A stretch of 64,000 bases of DNA from an uncultured Clostridia bacterium (GCA_947625665.1 CANQPF010000001.1:2959-66958), one strand, 5' to 3'. Numbered from the stretch's first letter, positions 9,338-20,026 are shown. Numbers and translations: made by a program. The notes: a model not told the origin generated them from the sequence alone.

Positions 9338-11014
9338 TTATTTTGTCTTTTTAGTTGTTTTTGTAGTTCTCGTCATCCTTGTTTTTTTTATTGGCTTATC
9401 TTCTTTTGTTATCGCTTTTCTTTTATTTTTTTCTAACAATGCTTTCTTTTGTCTTTCCATATCTTGTTGCATTTTCTTTTCCATTTTTTTTGCTGCCTCT
9501 CTTGCTACTTGAACTTGCTTTTCTGGAGACAATTTAGAATCTGCTTCTCTTATAGAGGATATTCTATCCCTATATTTATTACTAAACTTACTCTTATTTT
9601 TTGTCATATCAGCTTTTCTTCTAGGATTTCTTTTGGCTCTTTTTACTCTCTTTTCCGTCTCTCTTTTAGTTTTATTAATTCTCTTTTCTTCTCTAAGTCT
9701 ATTGTTTAGCATAATGTATTGAGGGTCATTTTGTTTATCTTGATATTTCAAATCATCACATACTAATTCTATTATTGAAGATGCAACTAAATCTGGATCA
9801 TGTCTTATATATTCATTTTGAACTATAGTAGATAAATCCTTCTGTATGAATTTTACTCCCTTAAACTTTGCTGTATCAGGGAAAACTAATTCTTGTCCTT
9901 CTAAATTATATTTCTTTATGAATTCTGGAATTATCTCTCCTGTGTCATAAATACAAAAATCTATAATATTTTGTCTTGTATGATCTTTTATCGCCTTTAA
10001 ATGATCTGCAACTGTGTATTCATCCGTTTGTCCAATTTCTGTCATAATATTACTTACATATACTTTAATAGCAGAAGACTCTTTTATTGCTTTTGTAATA
10101 CCATTTACTAATAAACATGGTATTACATTTGTATAAAGACTTCCTGGTCCTATTACTATACAATCTGCGTTTTTTATAGCTTCAATAACTCCTGGTGCAG
10201 GTTTACAATTTGAAGGGGCAATCCTTACACGACTTATTCTAGTAAATTTATCTACTACTAACTCTGGTATTCTTGATTTTTCTTCAACTGTATATCCATT
10301 TGCAAGTTCAGCTAAAATCTTCATCTCATCTAGTGTTACAGGTAAAACTTTTCCACCGACATTTAATACTTCATTACTTTTTAAAATTGAACTTGTAAAA
10401 TCTCCATGATTTACATCTTTCATTGCTGAAAAATAAATATCTGAAAATTCTAATCCTTTTAGTTTTCCTTCAGCAAAAGTATGATTTAAAATTTTTGACA
10501 TTTCATCTTCATTTGATGAAAGAGAAATTATACTATTTTTTACATCACCCAAGGGTAACATATTCAATTTCTTTCTAGATTCAGTTATTTTTTCTCCATA
10601 GTCTGATATAGCAACTATTGCTGTAATATTATTTGTATATCTTTTTAATCCGCGTAATACTGTTTCAAGTCCACTACCTCCACCAATAGCAACAATATTT
10701 GGACCTTGGTCATATACTGTTTTATCAAAAATTAATGAATTAACGTTAACATTTTTCCTATCTTTCATTCTGTTGTCTGTTGCCTCTATTACCATTTCCA
10801 TTGCTCTTTTATTTAAAAATATTAACCCTAAAACAATAGCAACAAATCCTACTGCGAAAATAGCAATAACTCTTTCTGCATTTGCAAAAGACATTTCATC
10901 CATAACTAATATTTCGGCTATTCCATAACAAGATAAAATTATTCCTACTAATACTAAAAACATCCATCTCTTCATCTTTGAACTTGATTTAAACCACTGT
11001 ATAAGCCCCTTCAT
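9338..11014 (-). CDS. yvcK: YvcK/CofD-like gluconeogenesis factor family protein, with an N-terminal TM extension and a C-terminal Lys/Arg-rich tail
   Basis: The core motif IVAIGGGSGLETVLRGLKRYTNNITAIVAISDYGE (UPF0052/YvcK) sits at about residues 105-430. It is preceded by about 90 aa with two hydrophobic helices and followed by about 130 aa of K/R/E-rich low-complexity sequence. Confidence 0.75.
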   Translation of the reverse strand: MKGLIQWFKSSSKMKRWMFLVLVGIILSCYGIAEILVMDEMSFANAERVIAIFAVGFVAIVLGLIFLNKRAMEMVIEATDNRMKDRKNVNVNSLIFDKTVYDQGPNIVAIGGGSGLETVLRGLKRYTNNITAIVAISDYGEKITESRKKLNMLPLGDVKNSIISLSSNEDEMSKILNHTFAEGKLKGLEFSDIYFSAMKDVNHGDFTSSILKSNEVLNVGGKVLPVTLDEMKILAELANGYTVEEKSRIPELVVDKFTRISRVRIAPSNCKPAPGVIEAIKNADCIVIGPGSLYTNVIPCLLVNGITKAIKESSAIKVYVSNIMTEIGQTDEYTVADHLKAIKDHTRQNIIDFCIYDTGEIIPEFIKKYNLEGQELVFPDTAKFKGVKFIQKDLSTIVQNEYIRHDPDLVASSIIELVCDDLKYQDKQNDPQYIMLNNRLREEKRINKTKRETEKRVKRAKRNPRRKADMTKNKSKFSNKYRDRISSIREADSKLSPEKQVQVAREAAKKMEKKMQQDMERQKKALLEKNKRKAITKEDKPIKKTRMTRTTKTTKKTK

Positions 11015-11056
11015 CTTTTATACCATTCCTTTCTGCTATATACTCTTATTTTTTGT

Positions 11057-11992
11057 TTATTTGTCTGCTGTTTCTTCTCCTAGAATTTTCATTTCAAGTT
11101 GAATTTCTTCTCCGAATTCTACATAAACTTTTTCTTTAATGTATTTTATCAATGAAAGTACATCTTCTGCAGTAGCATTTCCTTTGTTAACAATAAATCC
11201 TGCATGTTTTTTAGAAACTTCTGCTCCTCCTATAGAAAAGCCTTTTAATCCACATTCATCTATTAATTTTGCTGTTATAAATCCTTTACCCCTTTTAAAA
11301 GTACTACCTGAATTTGGATATTCCAAAGGTTGATTAGCTTTTCTACTTTCAGCATATTGTTTCATTTTTTCTTGAATTTCTTCTTTATTACCTTTTTCAA
11401 AAGTCATAATAACTTCCAAAATTATAAACTCTTTTTCAGAAAAAATACTATGTCTATAGCTAAATTCTGCTTCTTCTACTGACATTTCTTTTTTCTGTCC
11501 ATTTTCATCTAGATAAATTATTTTAGTTATAATATCTTTTATTTCTTTTCCATTAGCTCCAGCATTCATATACACTGCGCCACCTACTGTACCAGGAATT
11601 CCTGATAATTCTTCCATTCCTGATAAAGATTGATCCGATAACTTGTAAGCCAATACACTCAACTTGTTTCCTGCACCTACAGTCACTGTTGTATTCGTTT
11701 CATTATCATTTTCCATCTCTAATTTTTCTATTTGTATATTTAATGTAATTCCTTTAATTCCCTTATCTAAAACTAATATATTACTTCCATTTCCTAAAAT
11801 AGTAACAGGGATATTTTCTCTTTTGGCAAAAGTCATAATATTTTCTAATGTGCCTACATCATAAACTTTAACCAATGCTTCTGCTGGACCTCCAATTTTT
11901 ATAGTTGTATGCTTTTTCATTGGTTCCTCCCAAAATATTTTAGAAGGTTCTTTTACTAATGTTTTTAAATTTTGCTTTTGACTTTCTGTCAT
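11057..11992 (-). CDS. murB: UDP-N-acetylenolpyruvoylglucosamine reductase
   Basis: PMKKHTTIKIGGPAEALV...ILGNGSNILV FAD-binding region. A GGAGG RBS lies 7 nt upstream of the ATG at 11992. Confidence 0.9.
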   Translation of the reverse strand: MTESQKQNLKTLVKEPSKIFWEEPMKKHTTIKIGGPAEALVKVYDVGTLENIMTFAKRENIPVTILGNGSNILVLDKGIKGITLNIQIEKLEMENDNETNTTVTVGAGNKLSVLAYKLSDQSLSGMEELSGIPGTVGGAVYMNAGANGKEIKDIITKIIYLDENGQKKEMSVEEAEFSYRHSIFSEKEFIILEVIMTFEKGNKEEIQEKMKQYAESRKANQPLEYPNSGSTFKRGKGFITAKLIDECGLKGFSIGGAEVSKKHAGFIVNKGNATAEDVLSLIKYIKEKVYVEFGEEIQLEMKILGEETADK

Positions 11993-12021
11993 TCCTTTTC
12001 CTCCAATTAAACTTTTATATT

Positions 12022-12513
12022 CTAGTCTGTTGCTGTAATATACATCTTTTTTTCTTCACTAAAATCAAATTTGTCTTTATTTATTACTTCTCCTGTTTTG
12101 TAGTTTACTATATATGTATCTGTTGTATTTGTTATTCCTAATTCTCTTAATGCTCCTTCATTTAAAATTTTATATTCACCCTCATTACCTTTTAAAGATA
12201 TATCTCCTACAATTTCTTTAACTTCTGTAACTGCTATATTTTCTCCTGGTAATTCATCATAGTTAATTTGCTCAATATTAGCACTTGTTTTTCTTTGCAA
12301 AACAGCATTTTGAACCATTACAAGTTCTGATTCAATAACTTGTTTTTCTGTTTCTTTTTGATTTTTACCGACTTCTGTAATTGTAACCATTGCTAATATT
12401 ATAAGTACTGATATTGTAACTACTAAAGATATTATTGCAATCCCTTTTTCTTTCTCTTTCATACCTATTTTCTCCTTTGTCATAGTCACATTAACTATAT
12501 CATTTTTTTGCAA
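12022..12513 (-). CDS. Hypothetical membrane-anchored protein with a pilin-like N-terminal hydrophobic segment
   Basis: KGIAIISLVVTISVLIILAMV is followed by a hydrophilic domain. It lacks the Glu+5 of true prepilins. The start is uncertain; MKEKEKG is a possible alternative. Confidence 0.4.
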   Translation of the reverse strand: MQKNDIVNVTMTKEKIGMKEKEKGIAIISLVVTISVLIILAMVTITEVGKNQKETEKQVIESELVMVQNAVLQRKTSANIEQINYDELPGENIAVTEVKEIVGDISLKGNEGEYKILNEGALRELGITNTTDTYIVNYKTGEVINKDKFDFSEEKKMYITATD

Positions 12514-12577
12514 TAATTACAATATCTAAATACTAAAATTATATTATTATTAATATATTGTAATAGAGGTGTTTTAA

Positions 12578-13654
12578 TTGCAATTAGCTAAATCAAAAAA
12601 GACTAACATATTTATAATAAATTTAAACAAAATCATTCTTCCAGGATTATTTTTACTTTTCACTTTTTCTCTGCTCATATTCTCTAAACATAATTTAATA
12701 TCAATAAAAAATAGTCTTAGTTTATGGGCAAATTCTGTAATTCCCTCTCTATTTCCTTTTTTTGTAGCGACAGAGTTATTGATGCATACAAATATAACTT
12801 ACTATTTTGAAATCATATTTAGAAATCTCATGAGACCGTTATTTAATATAAATGGTAATTGTAGTTTTGCTTTTATTATGGGAATTATAAGTGGATATCC
12901 TGTTGGTGCTAAAATTGCTTGTGAATTTAGAAAACAAAATATTTGCTCTAAAGTAGAGTGTGAAAGACTTCTAAGTTTTACAAACAATTCTGGTCCTTTA
13001 TTTATCATTAGTTCTGTTGGTATTTCAATGTTTGGAAATACCATGATAGGCATTTTACTTTTTATAACTCATTTATTGGCATCTATTACGGTTGGTTTTA
13101 TTTTTAGATTTTGGAAAAAAGAAAAAAGTGAAAATTTATCTAATTTAAATGGTCAAAAATTTGATATGAATTCTAATAAAACATCTGCTAAATTTTCAAA
13201 TTTAGGACAAATACTTTCAGAAAGTATTTCTTCTGCAACATCTACAATACTTATGATAGGTGGTTTTATTGTTATATTTGCATGTATCGTATCTATTTTA
13301 AATGCCTGTGGTGTACTAAAAATCATTTCAGTTTTTTTATCTCCTATGTTTAGGATCTTTCATATTAATACTAAATTTATAGTTCCACTTTTAACAGGTT
13401 TTTTTGAAATAACAAATGGAATTTCTTTAATTTCAAATATCGCTATAAAACAAATTTCAACTAATATAATTTTTACAGCATTTTTACTTGGATTTGGTGG
13501 TGTATCAATTTTATTACAAGTTTGGAGTATCGTCGCTAAAACAGACCTATCTATAAAGCCATATATTCTAGGGAAAATCCTTCATGGGTTTATTGCTGCA
13601 TTTTATACATTTATTTTTATGCAAGTTTTCCCATTTTTTAACTTTAATTTATAG
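12578..13654 (+). CDS. ylbJ: Sporulation integral membrane protein YlbJ (nucleoside-recognition-domain membrane protein)
   Basis: 358 aa, polytopic. Conserved motifs WANSVIPSLFPFFVATELL and GIISGYPVGAKI. The start is TTG at 12578. Confidence 0.8.
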   Translation: MQLAKSKKTNIFIINLNKIILPGLFLLFTFSLLIFSKHNLISIKNSLSLWANSVIPSLFPFFVATELLMHTNITYYFEIIFRNLMRPLFNINGNCSFAFIMGIISGYPVGAKIACEFRKQNICSKVECERLLSFTNNSGPLFIISSVGISMFGNTMIGILLFITHLLASITVGFIFRFWKKEKSENLSNLNGQKFDMNSNKTSAKFSNLGQILSESISSATSTILMIGGFIVIFACIVSILNACGVLKIISVFLSPMFRIFHINTKFIVPLLTGFFEITNGISLISNIAIKQISTNIIFTAFLLGFGGVSILLQVWSIVAKTDLSIKPYILGKILHGFIAAFYTFIFMQVFPFFNFNL

Positions 13655-13728
13655 TTTGTTTGTAATATTTTTTATTGATTTAAATATTAATTAAACAGGT
13701 TATTTGTAATTTGAAAGGAGTGATTTTT

Positions 13729-14028
13729 ATGGATAATGATTTTAATTCTTACTCACACAATTCATTTTCACCTTATATGAATTATGGTTCTTCACAAACT
13801 CAGGCTGATGAATTTAGTAACATGTATTCGGATCCAAATTTTAATCCTATTATGCAATATGAACAAGCTTATAGCTATTACCGTTTTTTATGTATGCAAA
13901 TGGATTATAAAATTAAATGTAAAGAATATGAAAAATTATGTAGCTCAAATGATAAAAATAGAACAACTACTATTAATGCAAATACAGGTAATAACATCAA
14001 CACAAATTCCAATATGCGCCCTAAATAA
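13729..14028 (+). CDS. Small Tyr/Asn/Ser-rich hypothetical protein, possibly spore-coat-like
   Basis: An AAGGAG RBS precedes the ATG at 13729. The composition is low-complexity (NSYSHNSFSPYMNYGSS..NTGNNINTNSN). No known domain was recognised. Confidence 0.35.
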   Translation: MDNDFNSYSHNSFSPYMNYGSSQTQADEFSNMYSDPNFNPIMQYEQAYSYYRFLCMQMDYKIKCKEYEKLCSSNDKNRTTTINANTGNNINTNSNMRPK

Positions 14029-14109
14029 TATATTTATATTTGGCTTTTTTTTAGCTTTGTGTTATAATATGCGAGGTTAAAAAAGTTATATAAAGGAGTT
14101 CTAAATATT

Positions 14110-15835
14110 ATGGCTTTCGATGGAATTGTATGTAAAGCAATTGCTTCTGAATTAAACACTCTTTCTGGTGCAAGAATGGATAAAATATTTCAACCTAATA
14201 AAAACAACGTTGTTCTAGGCTTTTATTTGAATGGAACAAACTATGCTCTTAATTGTTGTATAGATTCACGGATATTATAGACTAAGCCTTACAACTAATT
14301 CTAAAATTAATCCAAAAGTAGCACCTAATTTTTGTATGGTTTTACGAAAATATATTTTAGGTTTACGTATTAAAAGTATCTATACTGTTGATTTAGAACG
14401 AATTGTATTTATTGAACTTGAAGGATTTAACGATGTTGATGATATTATAAATTATAAATTAGTGATTGAACTTATGGGCAAACACAGTAATATAATTTTA
14501 TTAGATGATTCTAATGTGATTATTGATAGTTTGAGACACATTAAAGAAGATAATGAATGTTATAGAAATTTATTACCTCATTACAAATATAGTTTTCCTT
14601 CTACTAATAAAATTAATTTTTATGATATAAACAGTTTCGAAGAATTTAAAAAGTATATTAATGTAGAAACAATTGATTTACTTGCTTCTTATTGCTCTAA
14701 AAAGTTCAATGGAATTAGTAAACGTTTTATAGATAGTGCTATCAGCAATCTTGGGATAATAGATGTATCTGAACAATCTTTAAAAAGTTTATACAAATAT
14801 ATATTAAATACTATTAATAATCTTGACTTATTAACTTTAAAAGTTTTAGATGATAAGAAAGATTATGTTGTTGAACTTTGTCAAGATAAAAAATCACTCG
14901 ATTTAAACTTTGCAATTGATGATTTTTATACAGCTAAAGAGAATGATAACAATTTTAAAGTATATAGAGATAGTGTACTAAAACTTATTTTAGCTACTTT
15001 AAAAAGATATAATAAAAGATTATTTAATATTGATGCAAAACTTAATCAATGCAATAATATGGATACTTATCAATTATATGGTGAATTAATAACCGCAAAT
15101 TTATATAGAATTACGAATCAAAATTCAACGTATATCGAATTAGAAAATTATTATGATAATAACAACATTGTAAAAATCCCTTTAGACAATAGATATCCAC
15201 CAAATGAAAATGCAAAACGATATTTTAAAAAATATAACAAACTAAAAAATGCATTAGAGATAGTCTCAAAGCAAAAAGAAGAAACTTTACATGATATTAA
15301 TTATATAGAAAGTGTTGTTTATGAAATAGAAAGCTGTTCTACTTTAGAAGAAATTGATGCTATTTTTGAAGAAATACTAGAACATGATATTTTCAAGGAT
15401 AAAAGACCTAAGTCAACAAAAAAGATGAAAGTAAAAAAATCACAGTTAACAAGAAATAAAACTGTTAGTTTTAATCCTATAAAATATACTGTCGACAATT
15501 ATACAATTTTTGTTGGAAGAAATAATAAAGAAAATGATTATCTAACGCTTAAATTTGCTAAAAAATCAGACTACTGGTTTCATACAAAAGATATTCATGG
15601 AAGTCATGTTATTCTTAAACTTAATCAAGATAATAATTTAGAAGTTCCTACTGATTTATTAATAAAATGTGCTGAAATTGCAGCTTTTCATAGTAAAGCA
15701 AAAAATTCTTCTAATGTACCTGTTGATTATTGTCTTGTTAAATATGTAAAAAAGCCTTCTGGTGCAAAACCTGGAATGGTTATTTATACAAATAACAAAA
15801 CTCTTAATGTGCAACCACAAATTTCAGAAAAGTAA
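14110..15835 (+). pseudogene. rqcH: rqcH/FbpA-family (NFACT domain, ribosome quality control) gene split by a +1 frameshift near 14260-14265
   Basis: Frame 1 (14110-14280) reads MAFDGIVCKAIASELNTLSGARMDKIFQPNKNNVVLGFYLNGTNYALNCCI, then a TAG stop at 14278. Frame 2, open from 14264, reads IHGYYRLSLTTNSKINPKVAPNFCMVLRKYILG...DLERIVFIELEG...HSNIILLD... through 15835. The two reads together are colinear with B. subtilis RqcH (MSFDGLFTKAMVSEL...LLISIHPSYARAHLT..PPMFCMLLRKHL). One extra base, around the G at 14263, breaks the frame. Confidence 0.7.
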
Positions 15836-15841
15836 ATACAT

Positions 15842-15880
15842 AAAAAGTCGAGGTAATATCTAATTTCACCTCGACTTTTT
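15842..15880. terminator. Bidirectional intrinsic terminator
   Basis: Hairpin AGTCGAGGT...ACCTCGACT is flanked by A-run and T-run. It lies between the convergent rqcH gene and the 159-aa membrane-protein gene. Confidence 0.7.
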
Positions 15881-15887
15881 ATGTGTA

Positions 15888-16367
15888 TTACCATATCATT
15901 AATACTATTAAGACTCCCCATAAAATTTCACCTGTTGTTAAATCCCTTGGAAGTAAATCTATTTCTTCTTCTGGTCCTTTTGTATCTACTATATCTATTT
16001 TAGCTGATTTTACATTATCCAATTTAAAAAATAATTCTATTGGTAGTGAATCATTAGGTCCTAAATTTCCTGTTTGAACATATCTTGTTCCTAGTTCAGT
16101 TCCATTATCTGAAAATAATTGCAATTTAACATATTTGTTTGCAATATTATTTTCAGGTGAATTATTAATAACACCTTTAATTCTACCATTTATTAAAGTA
16201 GATTCTGCTTGATATATTTGTAACTGATCCGAATCATTTGCTATATCCATAGGCTTATATGTAGAGTTTATTCCAACATTTATTAAAAAATCAGATAATA
16301 TCCAAAAGCCTGCGATAATCAAAGCATAGATTAGAAATGTTTTCATCCTTTTCATATTTTTCTCCAT
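15888..16367 (-). CDS. Hypothetical membrane-anchored protein
   Basis: An N-terminal TM helix (TFLIYALIIAGFWILSDFLI) and a second C-terminal hydrophobic segment. No recognised domain. Confidence 0.4.
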   Translation of the reverse strand: MEKNMKRMKTFLIYALIIAGFWILSDFLINVGINSTYKPMDIANDSDQLQIYQAESTLINGRIKGVINNSPENNIANKYVKLQLFSDNGTELGTRYVQTGNLGPNDSLPIELFFKLDNVKSAKIDIVDTKGPEEEIDLLPRDLTTGEILWGVLIVLMIW

Positions 16368-16420
16368 TTCTGTTTATTTACTTCTATATTATACCAAAAA
16401 AGCCATTATTTTTCAAGGTT

Positions 16421-19400
16421 TCATAATATTTCAGAAATATCCAAAGTTCCTATTCTTGTAGAATATAAATAACATCTTTTAATTTTTACTTGCAAAGATT
16501 CTTCCAAAGCTCTTTTGTACAACTCTAATTGTTTTTTATACTTATTAATCAACTCCTCTTCTTGTCCCTCTTCTATATAATCAGTTTTATAATCTACTAA
16601 CACATATTCTCCATCTTTAGTTTGATAATATAAATCTATTATTCCTTGTACTAAAATTTCTTCATTGCTTATATTTTGCTCATATACCTCTTTAGCTGGT
16701 ATATTAATATAAAAAGGTTTTTCTTTTTGTATTTCTTTAGCTTCTTTCATTTCTTTCCATATTGATGTTTTAGTAAATTCTAATATTACAAATGGATTGA
16801 TAGCTTCTGCTTCTCTCTGTGTTATAATTTGTTTTTCTAATAAATTATTTATTAACTGCTTTACTTTTTCTAAATTGTAATCTTGACTTATATCTAATTT
16901 CTGCATACATAAATGTACCAAAGTTCCTTTTTGTGCACTTGTTATTTTCTCTTCCTTATTTTCTCTCAGAAATACTGGTTTAGTAAAAGTTATATTTTCA
17001 AAATCTACAAGATTATCTTCGATTGCCATCATTTTTATATTACTAACAGAAGTTTTGGTTGGAATTGTTGTCGCTAATTCATAAGGATATATATATTCTT
17101 CTGATTCATCTTCTACTTTCTCTTCTTTAGGTTTTTCTATAACTTTCTCAATTAAGCTTTCTTGCTTTTCAAATTCTTGTAATAATTGTGATTTATCTAA
17201 TATATTAATTTCAACTATATCTTTTATTGACTGTTCTTTGTATTTACATACTAATAGGATCCAATCTAAATAAGTTTTATATTGCTTTAATAATATTGGA
17301 TTTATTTTTTGATAAGTTTTTGGATATATTTCAATTTGCTTTTCCATTTCTTCATTTTTACTTATGTAATTTTTCTTTATTCCTGTTATTATCAGTTTTT
17401 CCTTAGCTCTAGTTAATGCAACATATAATACCCTCATCTCTTCTGACAAACTTTCTGTAAACATTTTTCCTCTAATTGCTGCTTTAGTTAAAGTATCATA
17501 TTCAATTTGTCCATCATAATCTATATATTTTACACCAATTCCTAAATCTTGATGTAATAATATTTTTTGATTTAAATCCATTAAATTAAATTGTTTTCCT
17601 GTACTTGATAAAAATACTACAGGAAATTCTAATCCCTTACTTTTATGTATACTCATTATTCTTATAACATTATCATTTTCTCCTATTACTTTAGCTGAAC
17701 TTAAATCTCCATTATTTAATTTTAACTTTTCTATGAATTTTATAAAATTGTATAGTCCTTTAAAACTAGCTGTTTCATATTGTTTAGCTTTTTCAAACAA
17801 TAATTTCAAGTTTGCTTGTCTTAAGTTTCCATTAGGCATTAATGCAACGTAATCATAAAATCCTGTATCAGAATATATTTTCCAAATGAGTTCGTCCAAA
17901 GCTAAATATTCTTGTTCTTTTCTCCATCTTTCCATATTATCTAAAAAAGTTTCTATTTTTTTTCTTAGTTCTTCTGTTACTTGAACTTTTGCTTTTTGTA
18001 AACACGTATAAAAATTAGAATATTTATCTGTTAATCTAATTTCAACAAGATCATTATCTGTAAATCCACCAATAGTTGAACGCAATACAGTAATAAGTGG
18101 AATATCTTGAAGTGGATTATCTATTATTTTCAATAAAGCCATCATTGTTTCAATTTCTATTGAATCTAAATATTGATTTGAAGAATCGGAAAAAACTGGC
18201 ATTTGTAATTTTAGTATTTCTTGTTCATACACTGGTGCTATATTTTTTGTAGAGCGCAATAAAATAACAATATCTCTATATGTTATATTTCTGTATTCTT
18301 GTTTTTTAGTATCAAAAACTTGAAATTTTTCATCTATCAATTTTTTTATTTTATTAGCAACAAATTTTGCCTCTAATTCAATATCTTCAATTCTTTCTTC
18401 TCTTTCATTGTTTTTATCTGTTTTTTCTTCATCTTGTTCTTCTTTTTCTATTGATATTACATTTAATTCTGTTTTTAAACTTTGTTTTGTCTCGCCATAA
18501 TTGGCACCCAAATTTAGGAATTCTTCTTCCGTATATTCTATATCTCCTAATAAACTGCTCATTATATTTTCAAAAATTAAATTTGTAAAATCCAGTACAT
18601 TTTTTCTACTCCTAAAGTTTTTAAATAATTGAATTTTCAATCCTTCCATGTCTTTAGTGCTCTTATCTTTTGTCTTATATTTCTCATATTTATCTAAAAA
18701 TAATTCTGGCATTGCTTGCCTAAATTTATAAATACTTTGTTTTACATCTCCAACCATAAACATGTTTTTTCCATTAGAAACTGAAGATAAAATATATTCT
18801 TGTACTAAGTTACTATCTTGATATTCATCAATAGCTATTTCATCATATTTCTCTAAATATTTTTTTGCTATTTCGGTTTGTTCTATTTGTCCATCCTCAT
18901 TTTTTTGTATTAAAATTTGTAATGCAAAATGTTCTATATCGCTAAAATCTACAATATTTTTTTCTCTTTTTGCTTTTGAAAATCTCTTTCCAAACTCTAT
19001 TATAAAATTTCCCAATTTACTCAATATATCATACATATCTAATATATCTGTATTTACTTCTTTTGATGGTGATATTAGTATTTTAGCTATCATTGCATTA
19101 TTTCCTACATAATGTTTTTTGATGTTATCCCTAATTAATTTTGCCTCATCTTTAATTTCTGATTCTACTTTTTTTCTTGGCCATGTAGAAAAAGTCAATT
19201 TCTGAAATATTTCATAGGTTTTATCCCAACTTCTCAAGCTATCTTTCAATAATTTTAATTTTTCGATATCATCTTCTATTGTTTTTTTAAAGATATCTAA
19301 TTCAATATCATAGGAAAGTGATTTTTCTATGTCCTGTAATTTAGTAATATCACCTATTAAGATTTCTTGAACTTCTTGTAAAAGTATTTCTCCCCATTCA

Positions 19401-20023
19401 CTTTTAGAAAAATCTTGTTCAATTTCTTTCAAGTTAAACATTTCTATTTTTTGTTTTAACCATTCTTCTGGAAAGGGATTACTTTGTATGTATGTATATA
19501 CTTTTTGTACTATATCTTTTAATGGCGTATCATCTCTATAACTAGTATATGTAGTAATCAATTTTGCAAAATCTTTTTCTTGATTTTCGTACTTTTCTTC
19601 AAATAAGTCTTCTAGAACTTCTTGTTTTAAAAGCTCAATCTCAGCATTATCTGCAATTCTGAAATTTGGAGATATATTATCTAATTCATAAAAATTATTC
19701 CTTACTATGTCTAAACAAAAAGAATCTATTGTACATATACTTGATTTGTTTAATAAAGTTACTTGTCTTTGTAAATTTATATCTTCTGGATCTTCATCTA
19801 TTTTTTTGTATATTGCATCTAAAATTCTTTCTCTCATTTCAGATGCTGCAGAATTCGTAAAAGTAACTACCAGAATTTTATCTATATCAATTTTATTATT
19901 TATAATTTTATTTATAATTCGCTCTACTAAAACAGCGGTCTTACCACTACCGGCAGCCGCTGCAACTAAAATATTCGAACTATTTTCAAAAATAGCTTGT
20001 TTTTGTTCATTTGTCCAATTCAT
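16421..20023 (-). CDS. addA: ATP-dependent helicase/nuclease subunit A (AddA: UvrD-like helicase plus C-terminal RecB-type nuclease)
   Basis: 1200 aa. N-terminus MNWTNEQKQAIF...ILVAAAAGSGKTAVLVERI (Walker A). C-terminus QGIIDLYYQTKDGEYVLVDYKTD, the PD-(D/E)xK RecB nuclease motif. Colinear with B. subtilis AddA. Confidence 0.9.
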   Translation of the reverse strand: MNWTNEQKQAIFENSSNILVAAAAGSGKTAVLVERIINKIINNKIDIDKILVVTFTNSAASEMRERILDAIYKKIDEDPEDINLQRQVTLLNKSSICTIDSFCLDIVRNNFYELDNISPNFRIADNAEIELLKQEVLEDLFEEKYENQEKDFAKLITTYTSYRDDTPLKDIVQKVYTYIQSNPFPEEWLKQKIEMFNLKEIEQDFSKSEWGEILLQEVQEILIGDITKLQDIEKSLSYDIELDIFKKTIEDDIEKLKLLKDSLRSWDKTYEIFQKLTFSTWPRKKVESEIKDEAKLIRDNIKKHYVGNNAMIAKILISPSKEVNTDILDMYDILSKLGNFIIEFGKRFSKAKREKNIVDFSDIEHFALQILIQKNEDGQIEQTEIAKKYLEKYDEIAIDEYQDSNLVQEYILSSVSNGKNMFMVGDVKQSIYKFRQAMPELFLDKYEKYKTKDKSTKDMEGLKIQLFKNFRSRKNVLDFTNLIFENIMSSLLGDIEYTEEEFLNLGANYGETKQSLKTELNVISIEKEEQDEEKTDKNNEREERIEDIELEAKFVANKIKKLIDEKFQVFDTKKQEYRNITYRDIVILLRSTKNIAPVYEQEILKLQMPVFSDSSNQYLDSIEIETMMALLKIIDNPLQDIPLITVLRSTIGGFTDNDLVEIRLTDKYSNFYTCLQKAKVQVTEELRKKIETFLDNMERWRKEQEYLALDELIWKIYSDTGFYDYVALMPNGNLRQANLKLLFEKAKQYETASFKGLYNFIKFIEKLKLNNGDLSSAKVIGENDNVIRIMSIHKSKGLEFPVVFLSSTGKQFNLMDLNQKILLHQDLGIGVKYIDYDGQIEYDTLTKAAIRGKMFTESLSEEMRVLYVALTRAKEKLIITGIKKNYISKNEEMEKQIEIYPKTYQKINPILLKQYKTYLDWILLVCKYKEQSIKDIVEINILDKSQLLQEFEKQESLIEKVIEKPKEEKVEDESEEYIYPYELATTIPTKTSVSNIKMMAIEDNLVDFENITFTKPVFLRENKEEKITSAQKGTLVHLCMQKLDISQDYNLEKVKQLINNLLEKQIITQREAEAINPFVILEFTKTSIWKEMKEAKEIQKEKPFYINIPAKEVYEQNISNEEILVQGIIDLYYQTKDGEYVLVDYKTDYIEEGQEEELINKYKKQLELYKRALEESLQVKIKRCYLYSTRIGTLDISEIL

Positions 20024-20026
20024 TTC

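Noticed and set aside
12022-12513. Type IV pilin call for the 163-aa protein
   Set aside because: The hydrophobic N-terminus lacks the G-F/M-T/S-L-I-E prepilin peptidase site and the Glu+5. It is kept as a hypothetical membrane-anchored protein.
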